Source: Candidatus Saganbacteria bacterium (lineage in GTDB: Bacteria > Margulisbacteria > WOR-1 > JAKLHX01). Taken from it: a DNA stretch of 32,000 nt. This document shows, piece after piece, positions 1 through 8,062 of this stretch. The notes below the pieces were generated by a model. That model was not told the origin of the DNA, searched no databases, and saw only the letters and a list, made by a program, of their open reading frames with translations. The DNA is taken from assembly GCA_026387835.1 (NCBI GenBank), contig JAPLKZ010000013.1, forward strand, positions 90,001 to 122,000. Reading direction: 5' to 3'. The position numbers and the translations under genes were made by a program. The first letter of the stretch is position 1. The number at the start of each line of letters is the position of its first letter.

Positions 1-1
1 C

Positions 2-1024
2 AAAAAGCAGATAAAAGAATTTAAACCAAAGCATGCTATTGTCAACGATGAGAAAGGATTGATAAAAATTGCTACAGATCCCGGCACGGATATCGTAGTG
101 ATGTCGATCGTCGGGACAGCGGGACTTCCGGCAACCATAGCCGCAATAAAAAAAGGAAAGACGATCCTTCTTGCAAGCAAAGAAATACTTGTTGCTGCCG
201 GGGATATTGTGATGCCTCTGGCAAAGAAGTACAGAGCTAAGATTCTTCCTCTGGATAGCGAGCACAGCGCGGTATTTCAGTGTCTTGGAGGAAAATCCGA
301 AATCCGAAGCACGAAATCCCCCTCGACTTCGCTCGGGGCAAGCGAAAAAAATTCAAAATTCAAAATTCAAAACAACAGAATAAAAAAAATAATCCTCACT
401 GCATCAGGCGGGCCGTTCAGGGCATATTCAAAAGCCCAACTGAAAAAAGTGACCGCAAAACAGGCCCTGGCGCATCCTACATGGAAGATGGGGCCGAAAA
501 TAACGATAGATTCTGCTACGCTGATGAACAAAGGACTTGAGGTCATTGAAGCGCATCATCTTTTCGGGGTTCCTTATGACAAGATCGAGGTCGTCGTTCA
601 TCCGCAGAGCATAATCCATTCGATGGTGGAATTCACCGACGGCTCTATTCTTGCTCAGATGGGAGCCCCTGATATGAGGACTCCGATACAGTATGCGCTT
701 CATTATCCTGACAGGGCACCGAAGAGCTTTGAGACCATCGATATTTCAAAAGCCGGCCAATTAACATTTGAAAAACCGGACGCGGATAGGTTTCCGTGTC
801 TAAAGATTGCATATCAAGCGGGAAAAACAGGCGGGACCATGCCGGCCGTGATGTCCGCGGCGAACGATACTGCGGTCGAGATGTTCCTTAAAGGCAAGAT
901 CAGGTTCACGGATATTCCGAAGATAGTTTTATCGGTAATGAAAAAGCATGAGTTTATCAGAAAACCTTCACTTGCTCAGATACTCAAAGCGGAGAAATGG
1001 GCGAGAACTGAAGCGGGTGTATAA
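2..1024 (+). CDS. dxr: 1-deoxy-D-xylulose-5-phosphate reductoisomerase (5' end outside window)
   Basis: The frame of nt 2 is open from the window edge to TAA 1022-1024; the TTG at 59 in the ORF track is internal. DXR hallmarks: LPLDSEHSAVFQCL, IILTASGGPFR, HPTWKMGPKITIDSATLMNKGLEVIEAHHLF, VVVHPQSIIHSMVEF. Confidence 0.95.
   Translation, partial: KKQIKEFKPKHAIVNDEKGLIKIATDPGTDIVVMSIVGTAGLPATIAAIKKGKTILLASKEILVAAGDIVMPLAKKYRAKILPLDSEHSAVFQCLGGKSEIRSTKSPSTSLGASEKNSKFKIQNNRIKKIILTASGGPFRAYSKAQLKKVTAKQALAHPTWKMGPKITIDSATLMNKGLEVIEAHHLFGVPYDKIEVVVHPQSIIHSMVEFTDGSILAQMGAPDMRTPIQYALHYPDRAPKSFETIDISKAGQLTFEKPDADRFPCLKIAYQAGKTGGTMPAVMSAANDTAVEMFLKGKIRFTDIPKIVLSVMKKHEFIRKPSLAQILKAEKWARTEAGV
291..370 (+). 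repeat. In-frame repeat-built insert inside dxr: GAAATCC x3, GC-rich core, AAAATTC x3
   Basis: GAAAATCC 291-298; GAAATCC 299-305 and 313-319; CCCCCTCGACTTCGCTCGGGGCAAGCGA 318-345; tandem AAAATTC 348-354, 355-361, 362-368. It encodes SEIRSTKSPSTSLGASEKNSKFKIQN between two conserved DXR blocks. Confidence 0.8.
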
Positions 1025-1025
1025 T
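1020..1025 (+). promoter_or_regulatory. Candidate -10 box for thrS, spanning the dxr stop codon
   Basis: TATAAT at 1020-1025 lies 6 nt before the thrS ATG at 1032, with no Shine-Dalgarno between them. Confidence 0.4.
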
Positions 1026-1031
1026 ATACCT

Positions 1032-2732
1032 ATGGACAAAGGACAATTAGAAGTATTGCGCCATTCCACCTCCCACATAATGGCGATGGCGGTAAAGGAA
1101 CTTTTTCCGGAAGCAAAGCTGGCTATAGGCCCCGCGATAGAAGAAGGTTTTTATTATGATTTTGAGATCCCCAGCGTACTTACACCGGAAGACCTCAAGA
1201 AGATCGAAGACAAGATGAAAGAAATAATCAAAAGGGACATTAAATTCGAGCGGATCGAGATGGACAAGGGAAAAGCGATAAAAGAGATGGAAAAACTCGG
1301 GGAAAAATATAAAGTAGAGCTTTTAAAAGAAATTGAAGGTGACAAGGTTACTTTTTATAGGAATGCGGGCTTTACAGATCTTTGCAGAGGGCCGCATATC
1401 GAATCTACGGGAAAAGCAAAAGCTTTCAAGCTGCTCAAACTTGCAGGAGCATACTGGAGAGGAAGCGAAAAGAATAAAATGCTCCAGAGGATTTACGGGA
1501 CATCTTTTGACACGGAAAAAGAACTTGAAGATCATATTAAAAGGATGGAAGAAGCCGAGAAAAGAGACCACAGGCGTCTCGGAAAAGAGCTTGATCTTTT
1601 TAATATCTACCATGAAGAAGCGGGAGCCGGACTTGTGTTTTATCATCCGAAAGGCGCAGTCTTAAGGGGGGTGATAGAGGATTACCTGAAAGCAGAGCAC
1701 AGAAAACGCGGCTACCAGACGGTCATCATCCCTCATATTGCGAAAATGGATCTCTGGCAGACATCAGGCCACGCGGATTATTACAAAGACAACATGTATT
1801 TCATGGATATCGACGAACAAAAGTATGTGCTGAAACCGATGAACTGCCCGGGACATATTTTGATATACAAAAGGAAACTGAACAGCTACCGTGACCTGCC
1901 GGTAAGGTTTTTCGAACTTGGGACAGTATACAGGCATGAAAGGTCCGGCGTGCTCCACGGACTTCTAAGGGTCCGCGGTTTCACGCAGGATGACGCGCAT
2001 ATCTTCTGCAGGCCGGACCAGCTGCAGGATGAGATCAAAAAAGTGATCGACTTTGCTTTTGACATGCTTAGGAAGTTCGGTTTCGAGGAGTTCGAAGTCT
2101 ATCTTTCCACAAGGCCGGAAGGATCGGTCGGTTCCGACGACAACTGGAACCACGCGACTGCCGCCCTTGAAGAAGCGTTGAAAAGCAAAAAAATAAAGTA
2201 TGAGGTCGATCCCGGTGCTGGAGTTTTTTACGGACCGAAGATCGATGTTAAGCTGAAAGACGCGATAGGCCGCGCGTGGCAGGGGCCGACCATCCAGGTG
2301 GACTTCAACCTTCCCGAAAGGTTCGACCTTTCATATATAGGCGAGGACGGGGCAAAACACCGGCCGGTCATGATCCATAGAGTAGTGTTAGGTAGCATGG
2401 AACGCTTTATCGGGGCTTTGACCGAACATTATGCCGGAGCATTCCCGTTCTGGCTAGCTCCGGTCCAAGTCATCATTCTCCCGATATCGGACAGGCATAT
2501 CAATTATGCTGAAGAGGTTATCAGGAAATTAGGCGATCAGGATATCAGGGCTGAACTTGACGCTAGAAGAGAGAAGATAGGACTAAAAATCAGAGAAGCC
2601 CAGCTACAGAAGGTCCCGTACATGCTCGTGATAGGCGACAAGGAAGTCGAAGCAAAGACTGTTGCTGTCCGCTCCAGGGAAAAAGGCGACCTGGGCGCAA
2701 AACCCCTGGAAGAGTTCATCCGCTCGATATAA
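1032..2732 (+). CDS. thrS: Threonyl-tRNA synthetase, short form lacking the N-terminal TGS domain
   Basis: Starts MDKGQLEVLRHSTSHIMAMAVKELFP (editing-domain HxxxH) and continues through class II catalytic and anticodon-binding regions (KPMNCPGHILIY, FTQDDAHIFC, HRPVMIHRVVLGSMERF). ATG 1032 was chosen over the track start at 948, which overlaps dxr by 77 nt and adds 28 non-homologous residues. Confidence 0.93.
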   Translation: MDKGQLEVLRHSTSHIMAMAVKELFPEAKLAIGPAIEEGFYYDFEIPSVLTPEDLKKIEDKMKEIIKRDIKFERIEMDKGKAIKEMEKLGEKYKVELLKEIEGDKVTFYRNAGFTDLCRGPHIESTGKAKAFKLLKLAGAYWRGSEKNKMLQRIYGTSFDTEKELEDHIKRMEEAEKRDHRRLGKELDLFNIYHEEAGAGLVFYHPKGAVLRGVIEDYLKAEHRKRGYQTVIIPHIAKMDLWQTSGHADYYKDNMYFMDIDEQKYVLKPMNCPGHILIYKRKLNSYRDLPVRFFELGTVYRHERSGVLHGLLRVRGFTQDDAHIFCRPDQLQDEIKKVIDFAFDMLRKFGFEEFEVYLSTRPEGSVGSDDNWNHATAALEEALKSKKIKYEVDPGAGVFYGPKIDVKLKDAIGRAWQGPTIQVDFNLPERFDLSYIGEDGAKHRPVMIHRVVLGSMERFIGALTEHYAGAFPFWLAPVQVIILPISDRHINYAEEVIRKLGDQDIRAELDARREKIGLKIREAQLQKVPYMLVIGDKEVEAKTVAVRSREKGDLGAKPLEEFIRSI

Positions 2733-2830
2733 TTTACTGCCGGAACAATTCATTTTCAGTTATTTTCAAAATAAGTGAAATTTATCCATGAAATCTACGA
2801 TACTCTAATAGAACGACTTAAGGAGAAAAA

Positions 2831-3469
2831 ATGACACAACAAATGAGGATCGAACGCAGTTTAATACTTCGCCCGATCGCGATGACGCTGACAAGGATGA
2901 TAATGGGACAGCCCAAAACGCTCGGTAGGAAATGGTTCGAAGGTGTCGGTGAGGGTCATGTGGCGACAGGCACCACAGGCGGCCGCACTACTTTTGATCT
3001 TCCGTTGCTGTTCAAGCCCGATACACCCTTAAAAGATGTAAAACCGGCAGTCTCAGGACTGTGCTTTGACCAGGCATCAAAACTTCTGAACAGAGGAAGA
3101 GCTGTTTTTACCGCGAGAGGAAATTACACGCAGGCAGCAATGGATACATACAGGGCGGAGTTCCTTGCACTTCCGCATGAGGGATCTGACGAAAGGCTTT
3201 TTGCGCTGTTCATGATGATGGCCGCATTCCCGTTCACACTAGATAATATGATTGCAGAAACAGGTTCTAATGTCATGATCGGAACGATAAGACCACTGGA
3301 AGGCCCGAGGGTAGTTCTTGATTTTGAAAGGCACAAAGGGAAAGTCGATGTGCAATCCGTTGCAAACATGTTCCTTGCGCACTTGAATATCATCTCAGGC
3401 ATCGAGCCTAAACTCGTAGAAAGAACGGATGGCGATCCTTTGCTTAGACTTGTTTTTCCGAAAGAATAG
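2831..3469 (+). CDS. Hypothetical protein (212 aa)
   Basis: Long ORF preceded by AAGGAG (2820-2825) 5 nt upstream of the ATG. I recognise no family motif. Confidence 0.6.
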   Translation: MTQQMRIERSLILRPIAMTLTRMIMGQPKTLGRKWFEGVGEGHVATGTTGGRTTFDLPLLFKPDTPLKDVKPAVSGLCFDQASKLLNRGRAVFTARGNYTQAAMDTYRAEFLALPHEGSDERLFALFMMMAAFPFTLDNMIAETGSNVMIGTIRPLEGPRVVLDFERHKGKVDVQSVANMFLAHLNIISGIEPKLVERTDGDPLLRLVFPKE

Positions 3470-3477
3470 GGCAGAGC

Positions 3478-3588
3478 TACTGTTTTATTACGATATTAAT
3501 TAATCTTCTGTTTGCAAAGATTATCTTTACGATCTCTTTGTTTTCAATGTTCTGTTTGATTTTTTCCGACATGAGGGCTTTTTTTACT
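3478..3588 (-). pseudogene. Relic copy of the leuS 3' terminus
   Basis: The reverse strand reads ..[35 protein letters not shown] (stop = rc of 3478-3480). The genuine LeuRS C-terminus is ..[34 protein letters not shown] at 4417-4524. The nucleotide alignment is collinear over about 105 bp with scattered mismatches. An in-frame stop lies just upstream, at about 3598. Confidence 0.8.
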
Positions 3589-3632
3589 GAAATTCTCCAT
3601 TATTTTAACGATATATAAATAGAGGGCAAAAA

Positions 3633-4415
3633 ATGGGCGAGATCAACAGAACAGAGACTAAACAAAACGTTGCAGCGCAGGCAGGAAAAACAAACGAAAG
3701 AACAATTAACCTGCCCGATGAAAAAAGCAGGAGTTCGATGTCCGGGCCGGTCATCGATGACGGACTGGACAGGTTCGACCGCGACATCTGGAGTAAGGCC
3801 CACGGCTGGGCAAACGGAGCCCCGTTCAATAACGGGTGGAGATCGGACCATGTGGCGTTCGAGAACGGCAGGATGGTTCTGACGCTCGACAACACCGCGA
3901 GTTCAGGAAAACCGTACACTTCCGGTGAATACAGGACAAAAGACTTTTACGGATACGGCACGCTTGAGGCAAGCATCAAAGCGGCTGCGGGCGAAGGCAT
4001 AATGGGGGGGTCATTGTTCTTCTGCACCGGCCCTTACGACAATAACCCGTGGGACGAGATAGACATCGAGATCATCAAAGGGAAAATGCAGGTCAATTAT
4101 ATTACTAACGGTAACGGGAACAACGAAAGAACGATCGAGCTTGGATTTGATCCTTCAAAAGCTTTTCACACGTATAAAATAGAATGGCGGCCTGACATGA
4201 TCATCTGGTCGGTCGACGAAAAAGAGGTGCACAGAGAGAACGGTTCCCGCAGTCCTCTTCCGAAGACCCCCGGAAGGATCATCGCTAATTTGTGGACAGG
4301 TAAAGATGTTGACGGTTGGCTGGGGAAGTTTGAATACAGATCCCCGTTGAGAGCCGAATATGACTGGATAAAATACACGCCTTTTAAAGACAAGACGTCC
4401 GGCTGCAATAAATAG
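3633..4415 (+). CDS. Glycoside hydrolase family 16 (beta-glucanase/laminarinase-like)
   Basis: Contains the GH16 catalytic signature E-x-D-x-x-E as WDEIDIEI, plus typical flanking blocks (TSGEYRTK, HTYKIEWRPDMIIWSVD, ANLW). AGAGGG lies 6 nt upstream of the ATG. No signal peptide is obvious. Confidence 0.85.
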   Translation: MGEINRTETKQNVAAQAGKTNERTINLPDEKSRSSMSGPVIDDGLDRFDRDIWSKAHGWANGAPFNNGWRSDHVAFENGRMVLTLDNTASSGKPYTSGEYRTKDFYGYGTLEASIKAAAGEGIMGGSLFFCTGPYDNNPWDEIDIEIIKGKMQVNYITNGNGNNERTIELGFDPSKAFHTYKIEWRPDMIIWSVDEKEVHRENGSRSPLPKTPGRIIANLWTGKDVDGWLGKFEYRSPLRAEYDWIKYTPFKDKTSGCNK

Positions 4416-4416
4416 T

Positions 4417-6837
4417 TTATTTTACGACTATATTTATCAGTCTTCTGTTTGCGAAGATTATCTTCACGATCTCTTTATCCCCGATATTCTGTTTGATCTT
4501 TTCCAGTGCTAAGGCTTTTTCTCTTGCTTCTTTTTCGCTTATATCAGCCGGAACGGTCATCTTGTCGCGCAGCTTGCCGTTCACCTGAATCGGGATCTCG
4601 ATCTCTGTATCTTTGGCAAGAGTACTGTCAAAAGACGGCCATGCCTGATCAGATATGCTGCCTTTTCCCCCTGCAACACTCCAGAGCTCTTCGGCGATAT
4701 GAGGAGCGAAAGGGGAAAGAAGAAGGATCAGTTTCTGTGCAGCCTCCGGGCTAAGTTCCTGTCCCTGTAAAGTATTTGACAGCTCCATTATCTTTGCGAT
4801 CGCGGTGTTGAACGAGAATTTCTCTATGTCTTCGGTCACGCATTTGATGGTTTTATGGAGTTTTTGGACAGCTTCTTTGTCTGCTGCCGGCAGGACATTT
4901 CCTGCATTCTTGTTTTGCACAAGTTTCCAGATCCTGTTAAGGAACCTGTAGCAGCCTTCCACCCCGGCGTCGCTCCATTCAAGTTCCCTTTCAGGCGGTG
5001 AAGCAAATAATATGAATAGTCTTGCCGTGTCGGCCCCGTATCTTTCGATTATATAGTCAGGGTCTATTACGTTGCCTTTTGACTTGCTCATCTTTGCTCC
5101 GTCTTTTACGACCATGCCTTGAGTCAGAAGATTTTTGAACGGTTCATCTACCGGTACGAGTTTCAGGTCAAACAGGACTTTAGTAAAGAACCGTGAATAG
5201 AGAAGATGCAGTATCGCGTGTTCTATTCCACCGATATATTGATCGACAGGGAACCAGTATTTCAGGTCATCAGAGTTGAAAGGCTTGCCGGTCTCTTTCG
5301 GGTTCACGTACCTGAAGAAATACCATGAGGAGCAGTTGAAAGTGTCCAGAGTGTCCGTTTCTCTTTTTCCCGGTCCGCCGCACTTCGGGCATTTTGTGTT
5401 GACAAAATCTTTGACTTTAGAAAGAGGGGATCCTCCTTCACCTGTGAATTTAACTTCGTACGGAAGTTTAACCGGCAAGTCTTTCTCGGGAACAGGGACT
5501 GCTCCGCATTTTTTGCAATATACAATTGGTATCGGGGCTCCCCAATACCTCTGCCGTGAAATCAGCCAGTCCCGCATCTTGAAGTTGACTTCCCTTTTTC
5601 CGCTGCCATTATCTATAAGCCAGTCGGTTATTGCTTTTATCGCATCGTTGCTTTTTAGCCCGTTGAACCGGTCGGAATTTACCATGATGCCTTCATCAAC
5701 AAAAGCGCATTCCATATCGTTAAAGGGCGCACGACCGTGCGCCCCTACAGGGGCAATTACTTCTTTAATTGGCAGGTTGAATGTTTTTGCGAACTCAAAA
5801 TCTCTCTGATCATGTGCGGGCACCGCCATCACTGCTCCTGTCCCGTACTCCATCAGAACATAATCTGATGTCCATACGGGGATCTTTTCCCCTGTCGCCG
5901 GATTGACCGCGTATGCACCGGTGAACTCCCCTGTCTTTTCCGTGGCTTTTTCGCGTGACGAAGCGGACTCTTTCTTAACGCTATCTATATATGTAAGGAC
6001 GGCTTTTTCCTGCTTTGTCCCTTTTGAAAGCTCTTTTGTGTATGGATGTTCGGGAGCAAGAGTCATATATGTCACCCCGAACAGAGTGTCGGGCCTTGTG
6101 GTGAACACCTCCAACTCTTTGTCCGAGCCGTCGATCTTGAATTTGATGCTCATTCCTTCTGACCTGCCGATCCAGTTGCGCTGCATGATCTTGACGCTGT
6201 CAGGCCAGCCAGCAAGTTTTTCGATGTCATCGAGAAGCCTTTGAGCGTATGCTGTTATTTTGAAGAACCATTGCTCCAGGTCCTTTTCGCCGACAACGGA
6301 CTCACACCTCCAGCATTTGCCGTCCTTGACCTGCTCGTTGGCCAGTACGGTCTCGCATTTAGGGCACCAGTTGACGAGAGATTTCTTCTTGTAGGCGAGC
6401 CCCGCTTCGTAGAACTTGATGAATATCCACTGCGTCCATTTATAATAATCTTCTTTGCTGGTAGTGACCTCCCTGCTCCAGTCATAAGAAAGCCCGAGCC
6501 GCTTGAGCTGGGACTTCATCTGAATTATGCACTTTTCCGTCCAGTCCTTTGGATGCGAATTGTTCTTTATCGCGGCGTTCTCAGCGGGCATGCCGAAAGC
6601 ATCCCAGCCGATCGGGTGAAGCACGTTGAACCCTTTCATCTTTTTATAGCGCGCGATGATGTCGCCGATGGCATAATTGCGCACGTGGCCCATGTGGATC
6701 GCGCCGGAAGGATAGGGGAACATAACAAGGTCGTAAAATTTAGGTTTCCCTGACTTGTTCGGCACCTCGAATGATCTGTTCTTTTCCCAGAAGGACTGCC
6801 ATCTGGATTCGATATCTTTGTGGTTATAATCGGGCAT
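4417..6837 (-). CDS. leuS: Leucyl-tRNA synthetase
   Basis: 806 aa with class I motifs HMGHVRNY (HIGH) and KMSKSKGN (KMSKS) and a CP1 editing region. It is full length. Confidence 0.97.
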   Translation of the reverse strand: MPDYNHKDIESRWQSFWEKNRSFEVPNKSGKPKFYDLVMFPYPSGAIHMGHVRNYAIGDIIARYKKMKGFNVLHPIGWDAFGMPAENAAIKNNSHPKDWTEKCIIQMKSQLKRLGLSYDWSREVTTSKEDYYKWTQWIFIKFYEAGLAYKKKSLVNWCPKCETVLANEQVKDGKCWRCESVVGEKDLEQWFFKITAYAQRLLDDIEKLAGWPDSVKIMQRNWIGRSEGMSIKFKIDGSDKELEVFTTRPDTLFGVTYMTLAPEHPYTKELSKGTKQEKAVLTYIDSVKKESASSREKATEKTGEFTGAYAVNPATGEKIPVWTSDYVLMEYGTGAVMAVPAHDQRDFEFAKTFNLPIKEVIAPVGAHGRAPFNDMECAFVDEGIMVNSDRFNGLKSNDAIKAITDWLIDNGSGKREVNFKMRDWLISRQRYWGAPIPIVYCKKCGAVPVPEKDLPVKLPYEVKFTGEGGSPLSKVKDFVNTKCPKCGGPGKRETDTLDTFNCSSWYFFRYVNPKETGKPFNSDDLKYWFPVDQYIGGIEHAILHLLYSRFFTKVLFDLKLVPVDEPFKNLLTQGMVVKDGAKMSKSKGNVIDPDYIIERYGADTARLFILFASPPERELEWSDAGVEGCYRFLNRIWKLVQNKNAGNVLPAADKEAVQKLHKTIKCVTEDIEKFSFNTAIAKIMELSNTLQGQELSPEAAQKLILLLSPFAPHIAEELWSVAGGKGSISDQAWPSFDSTLAKDTEIEIPIQVNGKLRDKMTVPADISEKEAREKALALEKIKQNIGDKEIVKIIFANRRLINIVVK

Positions 6838-6844
6838 ATAAATA

Positions 6845-6850
6845 AGTATA
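6845..6850 (-). promoter_or_regulatory. Candidate -10 box for leuS
   Basis: The reverse strand reads TATACT followed by 7 nt (TATTTAT) and then the leuS ATG (rc of 6835-6837). No Shine-Dalgarno. Confidence 0.4.
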
Positions 6851-6858
6851 ATCCATCA

Positions 6859-6867
6859 TGATATAAT
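6859..6867 (+). promoter_or_regulatory. Candidate extended -10 box for trpB
   Basis: TGATATAAT at 6859-6867 lies 9 nt before the trpB ATG at 6877. No Shine-Dalgarno. Confidence 0.45.
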
Positions 6868-6876
6868 AATCAAAAT

Positions 6877-8052
6877 ATGTATAACTTGCCAGATAAAAAC
6901 GGATATTTCGGGAAATACGGAGGGACATTTGTACCTGAAACACTGATGCCGTGCGTCGAAGAACTCAAAGAAGCATATTACTCGTTAAAACATGACCAAA
7001 GCCTTAAAAAAGAAATAGGTCATTATCTCAGGGATTTTGCAGGCAGACCGACCCCTCTTTATCTTGCACAAAACCTTTCAAGAAAACACGGTTTCAAGAT
7101 CTATCTGAAAAGGGAAGACCTATGCCACACCGGAGCGCACAAGATAAATAATTGCATCGGGCAGATCCTTCTCGCAAGAAAAATGGGAAAGAAAAGGATA
7201 ATAGCAGAGACCGGGGCCGGCCAGCACGGCGTCGCGACAGCGACTGTTGCGGCTTTGTTCGGTCTGAAATGCATCGTCTATATGGGCTCTGAGGATATCA
7301 GGCGGCAGGCTTTGAACGTTTACAGGATGGAGCTTCTCGGCGCGGAGGTAAGGCCGGTAAAGACGGGCAGCAGGACTTTAAAAGAGGCGATAAACGAAGC
7401 GCTCCGCGACTGGATGGCGAACGTGAAAGACACTTATTATCTCATCGGTTCATGCGTCGGCCCGCATCCATATCCGATGATGGTCAGGGATTTCCAGAAA
7501 GTGATAGGGGAGGAAACAAAAAAACAGGTCAAAGCCGCGGAGGACAGACTACCTGATATCGCAGCCGCGTGCGTCGGCGGCGGCAGCAATTCCATCGGGA
7601 TGTTCTATCCGTTCATCGACGACGCTTCAGTCAGGCTGGTCGGACTTGAGGCCGGCGGCAGGAGCATGAAGATCGGCGAAAACGGGGCGGCACTCGCAAA
7701 AGGAAAGACCGGGATACTCCACGGGTCAAAAAGCTATGTCCTGCAGACGGCAGACGGTCAGATCGCGGGTACGCATTCTATCTCAGCGGGGCTGGACTAT
7801 CCGGGCGTCGGGCCCGAGCACGCGTATTTGAAAGACTGCGGAAGAGTGAAATATGAAAGTATCAGTGATAAAGAAGCCGCGGCCGCTTTTGAATATCTGG
7901 CAAAAGAAGAGGGAATAATCCCCGCGCTTGAATCCGCCCACGCGGTAGCTTACCTGAAAAAATTGTCCGGGAAACTATCAAAAGATAAGATAGTCGTGAT
8001 ATGCCTGTCGGGACGCGGCGATAAAGATATCGATATGACAAGGAAAAGATGA
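6877..8052 (+). CDS. trpB: Tryptophan synthase beta chain (TrpB1-type length)
   Basis: 391 aa with [13 protein letters not shown], the PLP-lysine block [19 protein letters not shown] and GGGSNSIG. Confidence 0.95.
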   Translation: MYNLPDKNGYFGKYGGTFVPETLMPCVEELKEAYYSLKHDQSLKKEIGHYLRDFAGRPTPLYLAQNLSRKHGFKIYLKREDLCHTGAHKINNCIGQILLARKMGKKRIIAETGAGQHGVATATVAALFGLKCIVYMGSEDIRRQALNVYRMELLGAEVRPVKTGSRTLKEAINEALRDWMANVKDTYYLIGSCVGPHPYPMMVRDFQKVIGEETKKQVKAAEDRLPDIAAACVGGGSNSIGMFYPFIDDASVRLVGLEAGGRSMKIGENGAALAKGKTGILHGSKSYVLQTADGQIAGTHSISAGLDYPGVGPEHAYLKDCGRVKYESISDKEAAAAFEYLAKEEGIIPALESAHAVAYLKKLSGKLSKDKIVVICLSGRGDKDIDMTRKR

Positions 8053-8062
8053 ATGCCGTCCT

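Noticed and set aside
948-1031. Longer thrS start at 948 from the ORF track.
   Set aside because: It overlaps dxr by 77 nt, and the added residues have no ThrRS or TGS resemblance. ATG 1032 sits right after a -10 box.
1025-1031. T-box or other leader riboswitches upstream of thrS, leuS and trpS.
   Set aside because: The upstream non-coding distances are only 7-39 nt, far too short for a T-box leader.
4506-6753. Several plus-strand ORFs of 82-177 aa inside leuS (4506..4754, 5276..5809, 5903..6244, 6241..6753).
   Set aside because: These are antisense shadows of a highly conserved gene, with low-complexity translations and no RBS. The same judgement applies to the antisense ORFs inside ycaO (8573..9157), the oxidoreductase (12458..12991), scpA/scpB (23407..23886, 24391..24861), queE (25564..26064), the GT4 gene (16385..16936) and carB (30783..31256).
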